64,000 bases of DNA from Podarcis erhardii. Its lineage: Eukaryota. Made by a program: the position numbers and the translations under genes. Below, piece by piece: positions 1-11,670 of this stretch; position 1 is the stretch's first letter; each line of letters opens with the position of its first letter. The DNA lies in the NCBI GenBank assembly GCA_964252035.1, contig OZ176207.1, one strand, 5' to 3'. The notes under the pieces were generated by a model. It ran no database searches, was not told where the DNA came from, and was given only the letters and a program-made list of their open reading frames with translations.

Positions 1-518
1 GAAGAAAATGTTGAAATATACATTTACTAAGAAACCAGAAGCATTTTTACTAGGCATTATAGGGAATGAGATAAATAAGAAAGAGAAGAAGTTGTTTTTA
101 TATGCAGTGGCAGCAGCAAGAATATTGATGGCTCAGAAATGGAAGCAAGAGGAGCTGCCTACAATAGAAGAATGGAGAACTAAAATGATGGACTATGCGG
201 AATTGGACAGAATGACAGGAAGGATCCGGAATTGACAAGATCAAAGATTTACAGAAGATTGGGAGAAGTTTATTCAATATTTGCAAAAACTAAGTGATAA
301 CCAGATTACGTTTGTAAGTTTTAAAGAAGCTCTGTGATGTGAAAATGTAACAATAAGTAAAAATAATGAATTGAATCTAATAGTTTTAATAGGAATGTGT
401 TAAAAGTGATAAAATGAAGGAAGCTCAGACAAATTGAGGGAACTCAAAAATGGAATTAAGATGTAATTAAGAAGCTGAAATGTACAATTTAGTTTTTTAT
501 ATTTGTAAACCAATAAAA

Positions 519-520
<2 letters not shown>
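1..520 (+). mobile_element. L1-clade LINE 3' end (ORF2 C-terminus, 3' UTR, AATAAA)
   Basis: Translation ...AARILMAQKWKQEELPTIEEWRTKMMDYAELD...FTEDWEKFIQYL resembles the C-terminus of squamate L1/Tx1 ORF2. It has an internal stop at 233-235, an AT-rich UTR, then aataaaa and an (AAT)n tail. Confidence 0.75.
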
Positions 521-579
<59 letters not shown>

Positions 580-601
580 TAATAATAATAATAATAATAA
601 T
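521..601. repeat. (AAT)n microsatellite
   Basis: Directly visible; probably the L1 tail. Confidence 0.95.
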
Positions 602-1250
602 ACTGGTTTCCCCTAGCTTCAGACTTTAAGGATTCATCCCAGCCAAATTGCTGGACGTAAGTGGAAGTTAGCTTTTAAACTAATCAATTAGGTCAGGGCA
701 GTATCCTCTTAATTTAGAATGGGAATAAAAAGTATATTCATTTTTTTTCATTAAAAAAATCCTTATCCCCTTCAGGGCAAGAGATCTTTTGCAAGTGTAA
801 ATTACATAAGCTCCACAAAAAAGGGTGGTTAATGATGGAGATCAAGCAGCAACAATCAAAGCCAAAGAGCTACTGGGAGCAGACCGACATTTCAGCAATG
901 CAGCCCATTTACTGGAGGAAGCCTCCTGCCCTGGGACAGGACTGCAAGTTAAGTAGTGCTGCCTATACTGGGAAATGCTTTCCACACTCCTATTTATATT
1001 TTAGAATAATATGAATGCAGCTATTACACTGTGCTTACTATCTTCGCCTCTTTTCGTTGCCTTCGAAAAGCACAATAAACAGATACGGAAATAGCTCCCC
1101 CCGCCCACTTTGGCAAGCCAAAGCCTGAACCATGTTTGAAAGTGGTTTGCTGGGAACTTCTTCCCATCCCCCTTTGCCTCCCTGTAGCTGGGCTATATTT
1201 AAACTTATGGCCTTGCACTTTACATATTTAGAAAACTAGTGGAACCTGCA

Positions 1251-1545
1251 TGAAATATACTCAGAGTTGAGTGTGGATTTCATGCTCTTTATTCAGCTCA
1301 TAGTAGCGAGGAATGGAAGTTCCCCTGAAATGTCTGCTTTATATACATTATTTACACAATGGGCCCCATGTGATTGGCTAGTTCTGGGATTCTCCTGTAG
1401 GCCAATCAGGTTGCAGATTCACTTCCACCTGGAGTTGGATTGGGTGGCTCCTGCAGTCCAATCAGACTGCTACATTTTGGATCCTATTGTTCTAGGACCA
1501 ATCAGATTGCTGCAATTTGGATCCTATTCAACTCAGTACATAACA
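1251..1545 (-). mobile_element. Solo LTR (TGTTATGTACTGA-terminus family)
   Basis: TG...CA termini and 5-bp TSD CTGCA (1246-1250 / 1546-1550). Minus strand begins tgttatgtactga like 3618 and 13212. Contains repeated CCAAT boxes, TATA-like and AATAAA motifs. Confidence 0.8.
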
Positions 1546-1711
1546 CTGCAACAAAATGCTGCGCTATGAATTGCTCCTGTTCAGGATTCCAGCCAGCCAT
1601 GTCCTCCCCTGGGGACTTTGTTCCATTACATTCTGCTTCTCAATGGTTTTTTAATAAGTGATTTTATTAGTTTTCACAAATATTTGGACCTGCATGGTAC
1701 AAGCCCTAGGA

Positions 1712-1998
1712 CAGGGGTCAGCAACCTTTTTCAGCCATGGGCCAGTCCACCATCTCTCAGACCATGTAGTGGGCCGGACTATATTTTGGAAAAAAAAAAT
1801 GAACAAATTCCTATGCCCACAAATAACCCAGAGATGCCTTTAAAATAAAATCACACATTCTACTCATGTAAAAACACCAGGCAGGCCCCACAAATAACCC
1901 AGAGATGCATTTTAAATAAAAGGACACATTCTACTCATGTAAAAACATGCTGATCCCAGGATTGAGAAGGCCCACGGGCCTTAGGTTGCCTACCCCTG
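1712..1998. mobile_element. hAT-type MITE
   Basis: TIR caggggtcagcaacct / aggttgcctacccctg, 8-bp TSD CCCTAGGA (1704-1711 / 1999-2006), internal ~65-bp duplication (about 1817-1950). Confidence 0.9.
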
Positions 1999-2006
1999 CC
2001 CTAGGA

Positions 2007-2905
2007 GAAACCAGAAGCAAAGTCTTTGGTGATCACTCCTAGTTGAGTAAGATTGTCTTCCATAAACACAGTTTCAACAGTGGGTCTGTAAGTGACTGTG
2101 GAGGCCAATTCTGGATCCCCATGTCCTTCTACAGTGGGGACATAGGTTTCCAAGTGGGAGTTGATCATGGTGAAGATTTGCCAAGCATGCCTTCCTCTTA
2201 GCATGTTTCTCCCTTTCATCCTGAGTTTGAGCGTCTTCAAAGCCCATGACACCTTTGGTAAAGGCTGTTCTTCAATTGGAGCGCTTGCAGGCCAGTGTTT
2301 CCCAGTTGTTGGTGTTTATACTACATTTTGAAAAATTTGCCTTGAACCTTGCCATTAAACCTCTTTTGTTGACCATTGGAATTACACTTTCCATTTTTAA
2401 GTTCAGAATAGTTGCTTTGGAAGACGATAATCAGGCATCCAAACAACATGACCAGTCCAATGAAGTTGATGTTGAAGAATCATTGCTTCATCATTGGTGA
2501 TCTATGCTTCTTCCAGTACAGTGGCATTAGTTCACCTGTCTTTCCAGGTGATGTGTAAAATTTTCCGGAGACACTGTTGATGGAATCTTTCAAGGAGCTG
2601 GAGATGGTGTTTATAAGTGGTCCATGTTTCACAAGCATACAGTAAGGTTGGTAGTACAATAGCTTTGTAAACAAGCATTTTGGTTTCCCTGCAAATGTCC
2701 CAGTCCTCAAACACTCTGCCCTTCAATCGGGAGAAAGCTGCACTTGCAGAGCTCAAGGGATGCTGGATTTCAGCATCAATGTGGAAGATAACTGTCCAGG
2801 TAGGAGAAGTGATCAACATCTTCCAATGTCACACCATTGAGTTGGATTTGTGGTGCTGCAGAGGGATTGTTTTGTGCTTGTTGGTGCAGCACTTTGGTTT
2901 ACAGT
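2007..2905 (-). mobile_element. RTE-clade LINE, 5'-truncated and decayed
   Basis: ORF 2532..2819 (-) IDAEIQHPLSSASAAFSRL...YKAIVLPTLLYACETW...LERFHQQCLRKIL matches the RTE RT C-terminal region; RTE-type 3' UTR follows. Confidence 0.85.
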
Positions 2906-2969
2906 GTATGTTTACAATAAGAAGTATTCTCTGTCTCTTGGATTTGGACCTGGTGTGTGTCTTTTGAAG

Positions 2970-3101
2970 ACCCTCCATCCTTGGAAGTTTTTAAGCAGAA
3001 GGATGGCCATCTGTCATGGATGATCTAGTTGAGATTCCTGCGTTGCAGGGGATTGGACTTAGATGACCCTTGGGGTCCCTTCCAACTTTACAATTCTATG
3101 A
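2970..3101 (+). mobile_element. CR1 3' end
   Basis: ggattggacttagatgacccttggggtcccttccaactttacaattctatga is the typical CR1 3' terminus with its attctatg octamer. Confidence 0.7.
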
Positions 3102-3617
3102 AGATATGAAGATATAACTAGAAAAACTGAACATGAACATAAAAAATAAGATAAACCAAGAACCCCCACCCCAATCTCACCTGTGACCAGATAAGCATTC
3201 ATGTATTTAAAATATTTGTTCCTTTCTTTAATTTTTCTATGATTCCCACAATGTATTTCACCCTAGCAGACAGCGGTCTCTGGCCACTAAGCATGCTTAC
3301 TCCTTACTGGGCTGCTTTTAGGGTCACCTAAATATTTTTCTTGAAGTGTTTCTGTACTTCTGCAGAAACACTTCCTGAAAAGTTCAGCCAAACCTCCTGA
3401 TATCTCTCTCTTGTGTGTGGAATGTGCTGATATAAGATATGGTATGGGAAGGCTGTTTTTAATTATGTATGACTATGTTAATGTTTCATATGATATTTTA
3501 TTTTCTCTCTGGTATAATGTATTTCTATAAGTTGCCTGGAAATCTTTTAGGTAACAAGACAACAACAACAGATGTAAGTCTTGATAAGCTCTGGTACAAA
3601 CTAAACAATGACGTCTT

Positions 3618-3880
3618 TGTTATGTACTGAAGTTCTCACCCTGGGCCAGCAGGAGGATACTGTAGATAGTTTTCACTCAGGTCCACATATGCAAATAAGG
3701 GATTGAAAGTGACGTTCAGTGATTGGATAGTTACAGAAAGTGTTACAGTTGCGTTGTAGTGGAGCTCTATATAAGCAGGCTGGCTGAACCCTTCAGTTCA
3801 GTTCTGTTCTGGCCTGTGAATAAACACGAGCTGTTTGAAGAATCGCTGTGTCGTCTGATATGTTCACCCACAACTTAACA
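3618..3880 (+). mobile_element. Solo LTR with intact promoter and polyA module
   Basis: TGTTA...TAACA termini, 5-bp TSD GTCTT (3613-3617 / 3881-3885). ATGCAAAT 3689, TGACGT 3710, ATTGG 3722, TATATAA 3768, AATAAA 3819. Confidence 0.9.
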
Positions 3881-5525
3881 GTCTTGTCTTCTCTTTCTAG
3901 TGCTGTGCCAATTTCCCCCCAGTGGTTTATGTTTTTAGCCATTCTCCATCAATTAATAAGATAAGAAACTGCACTTGAAAATTATCAAAGGAGAGAAAAT
4001 GCCAGTGGAATTCTTATTAGTGCAGGCTTTCATTGTGCTTACTCCACTGTGGCTGAGGGAGTGTTCGCATGTAGCATCCTTCCATTGGTTCCACATCTCA
4101 TCTCATCGGTGGCCTGCACTCTATAAGCCTTCCCAGGTGCTCTTGCTTTTATTAATATCATAGGGTTACATATCGTGAGGTAATGCTGCCCATGGGACTT
4201 TTTCAGATCAGGAAGTGCAGGCAGCTAGGGAGGCTGCAGAATAATATTTACTGGTAAAAAAAGAAAAACCACACACAGCTTCCTCAACCAGTAATGTAGC
4301 GGAAAATTCAGAAGTCCAGGGTCGCTTCATAACAGTCCTAGCCACATCCCCCCACAGCCATGCCCCTTCTAAAATCATACAACCTTCTAAGATTGCATAA
4401 CCATAATAATTACAGATCCACTGCCACCGTCAATGCAGATAGCCATGTGTTGCCTTTCAGTTAGATCTACTGTTTTCTGTGCACATACTTGGGAAATCAT
4501 TTGGAGTGCTCAATGTATTCTTCCGGAGTGACTTAAGTTGCCTTTTCTGTGTAATTCCATTGTACATAACAGAACTTGCACACCATTCTCTTGAAACTGA
4601 AGCACCTTTGTGTTTTCAGTGTTCCTAATGGAACATACAGGGGTTAAAAAGCTCTCCTTTTACGCTGAATGTGCCGCTCTAGGATGCTGGAGAAAGTGAC
4701 CCTGCTGCAGAAATATGTAGTAACTGGTCTTCAACCTTCCCTCAGTCCCAGACCATGACACTTCTGTCCTCAGCCACCTCATAATGGTAAGGTAAACTCA
4801 GAACCCCACACCCACTGAAATTCAAAAGAAATTCTGAAGTGCTCTGAGGCTGAGGCAGAAAAAGAAAAGACTTTCTTTTGAGCAAATGGATGGCATATTT
4901 TGGCACAGCGCTTGGCTCTTTCATTGTGCACTTTTAGTAAGGTCCCTGAAAGGCATCTCACCATTACTGTATATACCCAGCAGCTATCAGTAAAGCAGTG
5001 GGAGCCGGGGTGGGGAGACAGTGGGGGCGGGGAGTCACAGAAAGAATATGCCATCCTGTCTTCTTTAAGTACAAAAACCAACAACTTGGAAAAACAGCAT
5101 CAAGTACCACTGTCATTGAAGGAAGGATCTAGAATGACTCTGGACTGACAGAAATCAACCTAGGGGGCCTGGAATTGTACGATTTGGGAGAAGAAGAAAC
5201 TATTTCCATAGCAACGAAGAATAAATTATTCAAGGAAAGAAGGAAAGAGAGTTTTCTTAAGGAGGAGGATTCAAATATGGGTTGCCGAGTTCTTTCTCCA
5301 AAACAAGAAGGCAGGCTTAGCAACCTAGAAAAAACACACAAACACATAATCTCTCTCCCTCCCTGCCTCTCCCTTTCTGTATCTGTAAGGGTATGAGAAA
5401 GTGAGAGCATGAAAAAAGGCAGGTTGAATTGCTACCTTTAAAACATTTTCTGATGCTGTCCTTTTCTCAGAACATGACTGCAAAATCCCAATCTCAGGCA
5501 CCCTTCCCCAACGAACCCCTCACTA

Positions 5526-5776
5526 CAGTGGTACCTCGGGTTAAGTACTTAATTCATTCTGGAGGTCCGTTCTTAACCTGAGGTACTATTGTACCTCAGG
5601 TTAAGAAAGTGTTCTTAACCTGAAGCACCACTTTAGCTAATGGGGCCTCCTGCTGCTGCCACGCCACCGGAGCACGATTTCTGTTCTCACCCTGAAGCAA
5701 AGTTCTTAACCTGAGGTACTATTTCTGGGTTAGCGGAGTCTGTAACCTGAAGCGTATGTAACCCGAGGTACCACTG
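5526..5776. mobile_element. Tc1/mariner (Tigger-like) MITE
   Basis: TIR cagtggtacctcgggt / acccgaggtaccactg with TA TSD. Confidence 0.9.
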
Positions 5777-7505
5777 TATCCTACTCTGCACCTACTTAGG
5801 TTTCCAGGCCAACCTCACCCTTTCGCAGTGGCTGAACCAGCAAGGCATTCCCCTCCTTGTGTTTGCACAGAAATGCGCAACAGAACTGTGAGTGGTGGAG
5901 GCTGCTCCATTAGGACAAATGAGGCCCTACTCCACCGGCCTCAGCCTGCCCTCAGCCCCTCTGTGCCTCCCAGCTGCCTTGCTTATAAGTGGTCCAAGGT
6001 GTGACAGCATTGCTTGCCAGTTTCTGTCTCAGGTGTAGAACTCCGCAAGGGCAGTGGATGGGGGCAAAACTAGAATGAGTTAGCTCTGCTTGTCATTGGT
6101 TCAGGGTCCCCTTACAGTTGGGGGTCCTAGCTCTCCACTCTACCACTCCCAGGTGGTATGTGGCACTGCTGAACCTGCCTCTCAGATAGGGTTATGTTAT
6201 AATCTTGAGTTGTATCACTTTTCCCTATTAGTTAAATATTTTGAATGGCCACTGATTTCAAAACAGTCCTCTGCTCAAAAGGACACCCAGGCTAGGTCTA
6301 GGTTTAAAGATAAAGGTCACATCCACATCACACTTAATGCACAAGTCACCTGGTCAAGTCCTTCCTCATGGCAGCGAGATATATTTCTATTTAAATAACA
6401 GTGGCTGTTTCTAAATTGGCATCTATGCATGTGAACCATATGGAAATAGGTATCCTCCGCTGTCCTCTTTTTGGTGATGCACATATAGCAGCTGCCCTGT
6501 TTTCAAAATACCATTTCATGTTTGCAAAGCTGTCAACTTTCATTCCCGCATAACATATGCCATCCTGTGTGGTGCCCAAATGGAGCTGAGTTTCAGCAGC
6601 CTGGTGTAAAGTTATTTTACATCAGCGACAGCACACCCCGCAACTCCAGCACTAATAACAGGGGCTTATACCTCTCGTTCATCACGGGCCTAGTTCAAGT
6701 CATCACAATGGAAACGAAGAGCAAATTAAGGTCCATCGCTCGTCCTTCTGATGATCTCTGCTCATCTGAGAAGGGTCACACACTTTTGTTACCAGGAGCC
6801 TGACAAGCTCTGGGCTTCACAACTGGCCTGGCTGACTCTGTGTTCCAAAGTCTATTGGATTTTATTTTTGTCTAAATGAAAGATCATCCGAGTGTATATG
6901 AGTCAAGGGTTTTCATTCAAAACGGCACTAGCCAAATGCTTTCCAACAATGCCTTGCTGGTACAGATTGGGTGAGCAGCCTCAGAAGCTTTTGCTGGAAA
7001 GGGGCAGAGAGGTACCTTGATACCTCCGTGCTATATTTGGCACATAAAACTGGGCTACAATGCAGGGGAACACCTGAGCACTGGGGAGTTGTGGTGCTTA
7101 CAGTGAAATTACGAAGCAAGAAAAATGAACACTATTTATTAATTAATTGAGCCAGAAACCTGTGCGTGAATCGAGCAACCTACATTTTCCACGATAATTT
7201 TAGAGCTGGTTGTCTCTTGAGTTGACAAACCCTATTTTGCAGGAAGCAATGACTTTACTATCAGATTAATCCTTTTATACTACTTAGCTGGAGATGGGTT
7301 AAGCGCTACCAAAGAAAAGAAAAGAAAAGAAAAGAAATTCACCCCTGGGCAAGCCTTTGAAATTATCATGATAATCAGATAATACAAACCTGTAATATAG
7401 GCCATTTCATCACCCTGTGGCTCTCCAGATATCTTTGGACTCCTTGTTTGCATCAGCTGTAGCCAGCATGATCAGTGGTCAGGGGTAAATGGTTCACTGG
7501 TTCTA

Positions 7506-7850
7506 GGTAAAGGTAAAGGGACCCCTGACCATTAGGTTCAGTCGTGACTGACTCTGGGGTTGCGGCGCTCATCTTGCTTTATTGGCCAAGAGAGCCGGCG
7601 TACAGCTTCCGGGTCATGTGGCCAGCATGACCAAGCTGCCTCTGGAGAACCAGAGCAGCGCACGGAAATGCCATTTACCTTCCCACCGGAGCGGTAACTA
7701 TTTATCTACTTGAACTTTGACGTGCTTTCGAACTGCTAGGCTGTCAGGAGCAGGGACTGAGCAATGGGAGCTCACCCCATTGCGGGGATTCGAACAGCCG
7801 ACCTTCTGATCGGCAAGCCCTAGGCTCTGTGGTTTAGACCACAGCACCAC
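7506..7850 (-). mobile_element. Sauria SINE
   Basis: (ACCTTT)n tail and the characteristic body shared with 41737-42087. Confidence 0.9.
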
Positions 7851-8789
7851 TATTAAACTACATTGTTGAGTGGTCTTGAGTCCAATTAAATCTGTTTACA
7901 CTGTAAGCCAATCCAATACAAGCCTACTCAGAAGTAAGTCTTTTTGAATTCAATGAAGGTTTGTTTTTGTTTTGTTTTTTTTTTTTAAAAAAAGCTTTGA
8001 TTTTCCTGTGATTTCCCTTCGTGGCACTTGAATTTGTTAGAAGTCCAACAACACATTTGTTTATTTGAATTTTTTTTAATCCCATCTCCCCAAAGGTTCT
8101 CAGAATGGCTGACAGTTTACAAACAACCCAGCCACTTGCCCCCAGGATTATAATATAAAAAGGCATAACACAAAAGGAAAAATGGATTGGGAGGGAGGAG
8201 GAAAGCAAACCCAGACATGTTGTTAGTTCATCTAATAACTAGCTGGGTGGAAAAGCTCAAGCAGAAAAATCCACTGGTTGTCCGCTGCATGAATGGAGAG
8301 ACCCCAATCTCTTTTCTTCCCTTTTCTGTTGCGGACTGATGGAATGGCTGTTGCTAGGTGACGGTTGGTAGGGAGGAGGCCTCCTTTGACTCAGTTGGAG
8401 TTGGTACATATCTTCTTTTCTGTCCTCTGTTACAGCCTGATACAATGATGGCTGTCAAACAGCAGCGTACACAGGCACTGCCTTTCCAATACAATTAGCA
8501 TACTGCAGTTCCAGTTTAGTTAACAATTTAGCATCTGAGGTGGCCACTGTGGGAACAGGACGCTGGACAGGATGGACCTTTGGCCTGATTCAGCAGGCCT
8601 CTTCTCACGTTCTGAGACCTTCCATCTGTTCCTATTTTCCAGGGACAGTCCCAGATTTACAGAAGCCATCATGGTTTCTGATTTGATTCCAGAATGTCGC
8701 TTTCCCTTAGGACGTTCCTATTTTCAGCAGAGAAAGTTGGAGGGTATGGAGTTATGCAGCTCTCAAGCCAGGGGTCTGCATAGAAAAGT

Positions 8790-8863
8790 TTTTTTAATAT
8801 TTAATGTTTAATGATGTTTTTATATATGTTGGAAGGTGCTGGCGCAATCTAGTGAGATGGGTG

Positions 8864-8912
<49 letters not shown>

Positions 8913-9192
8913 TTATTTATACCCTGCCCATCTGGCTGGGTTTCCCCAACCACTCTGGGTGGCTTCCAACAAAGATTAAAAATACATTAAAACATCAGTC
9001 ACTAAAAGCCTCCCTAAAGAGGGCTGCCTTCAGATGTCTTCTAACAACCGTCAGATAGTTGTTTATCTCTTTGACATCTGATGGGAGGGTGTTTCACAGG
9101 GTGGGTGCCACTACCGAGAAGGCCCTCTGCCTGGTTCCCTGTAACTTGGCTTTTCACAGTGAGGGAACCACCAGAAGGCCCTGGGTGCTGGA

Positions 9193-9240
<48 letters not shown>
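8790..9240. mobile_element. Two L2 3' ends tail-to-tail with (AAT)n tracts
   Basis: Plus-strand L2 tail about 8790-8865, (AAT)n 8864-8912, minus-strand L2 8912-9190 (ggctgccttcagatgtcttctaa...), (AAT)n 9193-9240. Confidence 0.7.
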
Positions 9241-9242
<2 letters not shown>

Positions 9243-10212
9243 TGGAATAGGACGTTCCTACTTTCATCAGAGAAATGTTGGAGGGTATGTGTTCTCAACA
9301 GTGTTAAAATGCGACAGAGGTATTTTATTTATTGCTATTCACGACTTTAGACTTATTTGGCTTCTATGATGTTATCTAAAACCTTCCGATCCTGTAAGTA
9401 ATACAATACTAAGGAACAATGGATTGCCTTCCCCGGAAGTTTGTCCTGAAGTCTAAGGATGAAAATAGCTTTCTTGTTTATTTTCCAACAGCAAGCCTTT
9501 TGCCCTCGTGTGGCTAATCCTCGTAACTGCCAGTGACTATTCCTGCAAGTTTAAAACAATACAACATTGTATTACAACACGTTAAACCGTCCTCATGTCC
9601 ACGCGCTGACTGCCCCAACAGATTCACCTACTGAGTCATATAGGTCAGTGGGCTTGCTTTGCTCTACGCTGGACTGTGGCTAAAGATCCTAAATCCTCCC
9701 AAGATGATCTACGTGAAGTGGATTACAGTGCATTCAGCTGAATGCAATGTGCAGGGTTTGAAGACAGCGAGTTATTCAAGGCGTTGCATAGGAGCTTTTT
9801 GTGAATTTAGGTTGAGCTGTCAGATAATCTTTGATGCACAATGTTGATCACTCTGTAGTTTAAAGCACACTTTCATATTTTCCTGCCCCTTTACATGCAA
9901 GAAGACAAATATGTATATCTACCTCAAGAGAAAGCATGGTGTCCTAACTGTTCAGAGGACCATCAATGAGAGCTTGCCTTATTGTAGGCTCCTGCATGTC
10001 CTCAGAATCTTGAAGGTCTGTACACCAGGGGTGGTTAACTTGTGGTCCTCCATATACTGTTGAGTCCGAACTCCCACCAGCCATAGGCAGCACAACCAAT
10101 GGTTAGGGACTCATTCATTCTTAGTTTTATTTTCCCACAAAAAGAATCATGCTCAAAGTGGCTTAGAACACAGAGAACAGGAATACATCTCAGGATCAAC
10201 CATGGCAATAAC

Positions 10213-10385
10213 TTGTTGGCATCCATCTGGCTTAGGAGACAATAGAGGAGTGTACCTTTGGGGATGAAGTCAAACCATTGTTGAGTTACAGTGTCTGCTG
10301 TGGCTGTAGAAACCGATATGGGAGAGACATGTTTTGTTGCATCTGGGGCAGATGAAGACATCTGGTTGTGCTGCTACAGATGCTC
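10213..10385 (-). mobile_element. RTE LINE 3' end (C-terminal zinc-finger-like motif)
   Basis: Minus strand translates AAQPDVFICPRCNKTCLSHIGFYSHSRHCN, the RTE ORF2 terminal Cys/His motif, followed by 3' UTR and a caa tail. Confidence 0.7.
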
Positions 10386-11399
10386 CATGGTGTCAATGGC
10401 GTGCAGTGAATTTTTTCGTAGGGGAACAGCAAAAAGAACCAGGGAGCTTGGCAGTTTCAGCTTGGTCCTAGACATATTTCTTGCATGGTGTGGCTCACAC
10501 TATTGCTCCTGCAGCATCTTCTTATAAGGCTTCCAAAGGCAGTGGTGGGTTAGCTGGAAACCCCCCTTCCATGATGTTGCTAACAGTCCCTCTCACCATC
10601 CTAGGGAAGATGAGAATTGTAAGCCAACATTTAGAGGTCCAAAGGTCCAAATCTTCCCTTCTGTACACATTCCTGGGACTTCAGTGAGCCAAGAGACTAC
10701 CGCTATAGAAACTAAGAAACTAACAGTTTTGCATCCAGACCTCCACCTTTTTGTGCCAATAATAAAATCATGACATTCTCACTGAACAATTTGTGGTTTT
10801 AGTTTTGAAGTGTACATCTAAAAATGTAACATTTGAATGTGATGTGCAGTATGATGAACACGTTTATCATACTTTTGCAGCTGGGGTTCAGCTCCTTGTT
10901 CAGTATACAAATTCAGTAATAACTCCATGTTTCTTGGTGGTGTAATGTGTGAAATCAACAGGAGGCATATAGGACACTCTGGAAAGGCAAGTAATTTATT
11001 CCATTATGCACAGATAGGGTGCAGACATTTTTGGCTGTTGGTAGCTCCTCAGACTTTCAGTATGTATAATGAAGGATGATTTGCAACAGCTGCTTCAATT
11101 CTAATTAAGAAACGCAAGAGAGTTCTTCAGTTTTTGAGTGCTAGAACCTACACAGAGGTTTGTGTGTGTGTGTTTTTCCTGCTCCACTGTTAATATTTCC
11201 TAGAAATTAGGATGGCGCTTCCATGTCCTGTTAAAATCATGCATCATCTGGATTCACTACCTAACCCAGTATGTGGAACATCTTGAGCAGATCTAATTTT
11301 GCAGTCGTGCTGGAGACGGCTCAATAAACCTCGGCAGGGCAGAAGAGCCTCTTTGGAGTAATTTAATGCCTATTCTGCAAGTTCTGCAAGAAGTCACGC

Positions 11400-11670
11400 A
11401 ATGTGGCTAATAAATATGGATCATCTTTTGAACCATATGAGGAAAGGCTATAATATTTGGAGCTTTTTAGTTCAGAGAAAAGGTGTGTGAGAGGAGACAT
11501 AATAAAGGCATATAAAATTATACAAGCTGAGGAGAACGCCGCTAGTGAAAACTCCTTCTCCGCTTCCTCATTATACAAGAACTTGTGGACATCTAGTGAA
11601 GCTGAATGATGGAAAACTCAAAAGCAACAAAATACAAAACTTCTTTTTCATGCAGTGCATACCTAACTGG
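11400..11670 (+). mobile_element. CR1 ORF2 C-terminal fragment, decayed
   Basis: ggagctttttagttcagagaaaagg...gagacataataaaggcatataaaattat corresponds to the CR1 LGLFSLEKRR..GDMI..YKI motif. Confidence 0.6.

Noticed and set aside
4900-5410. Charged, protein-like ORFs on both strands
   Set aside because: Frames are broken by stops, the peptides are unrecognised, and purine-rich low complexity explains the E/K content.
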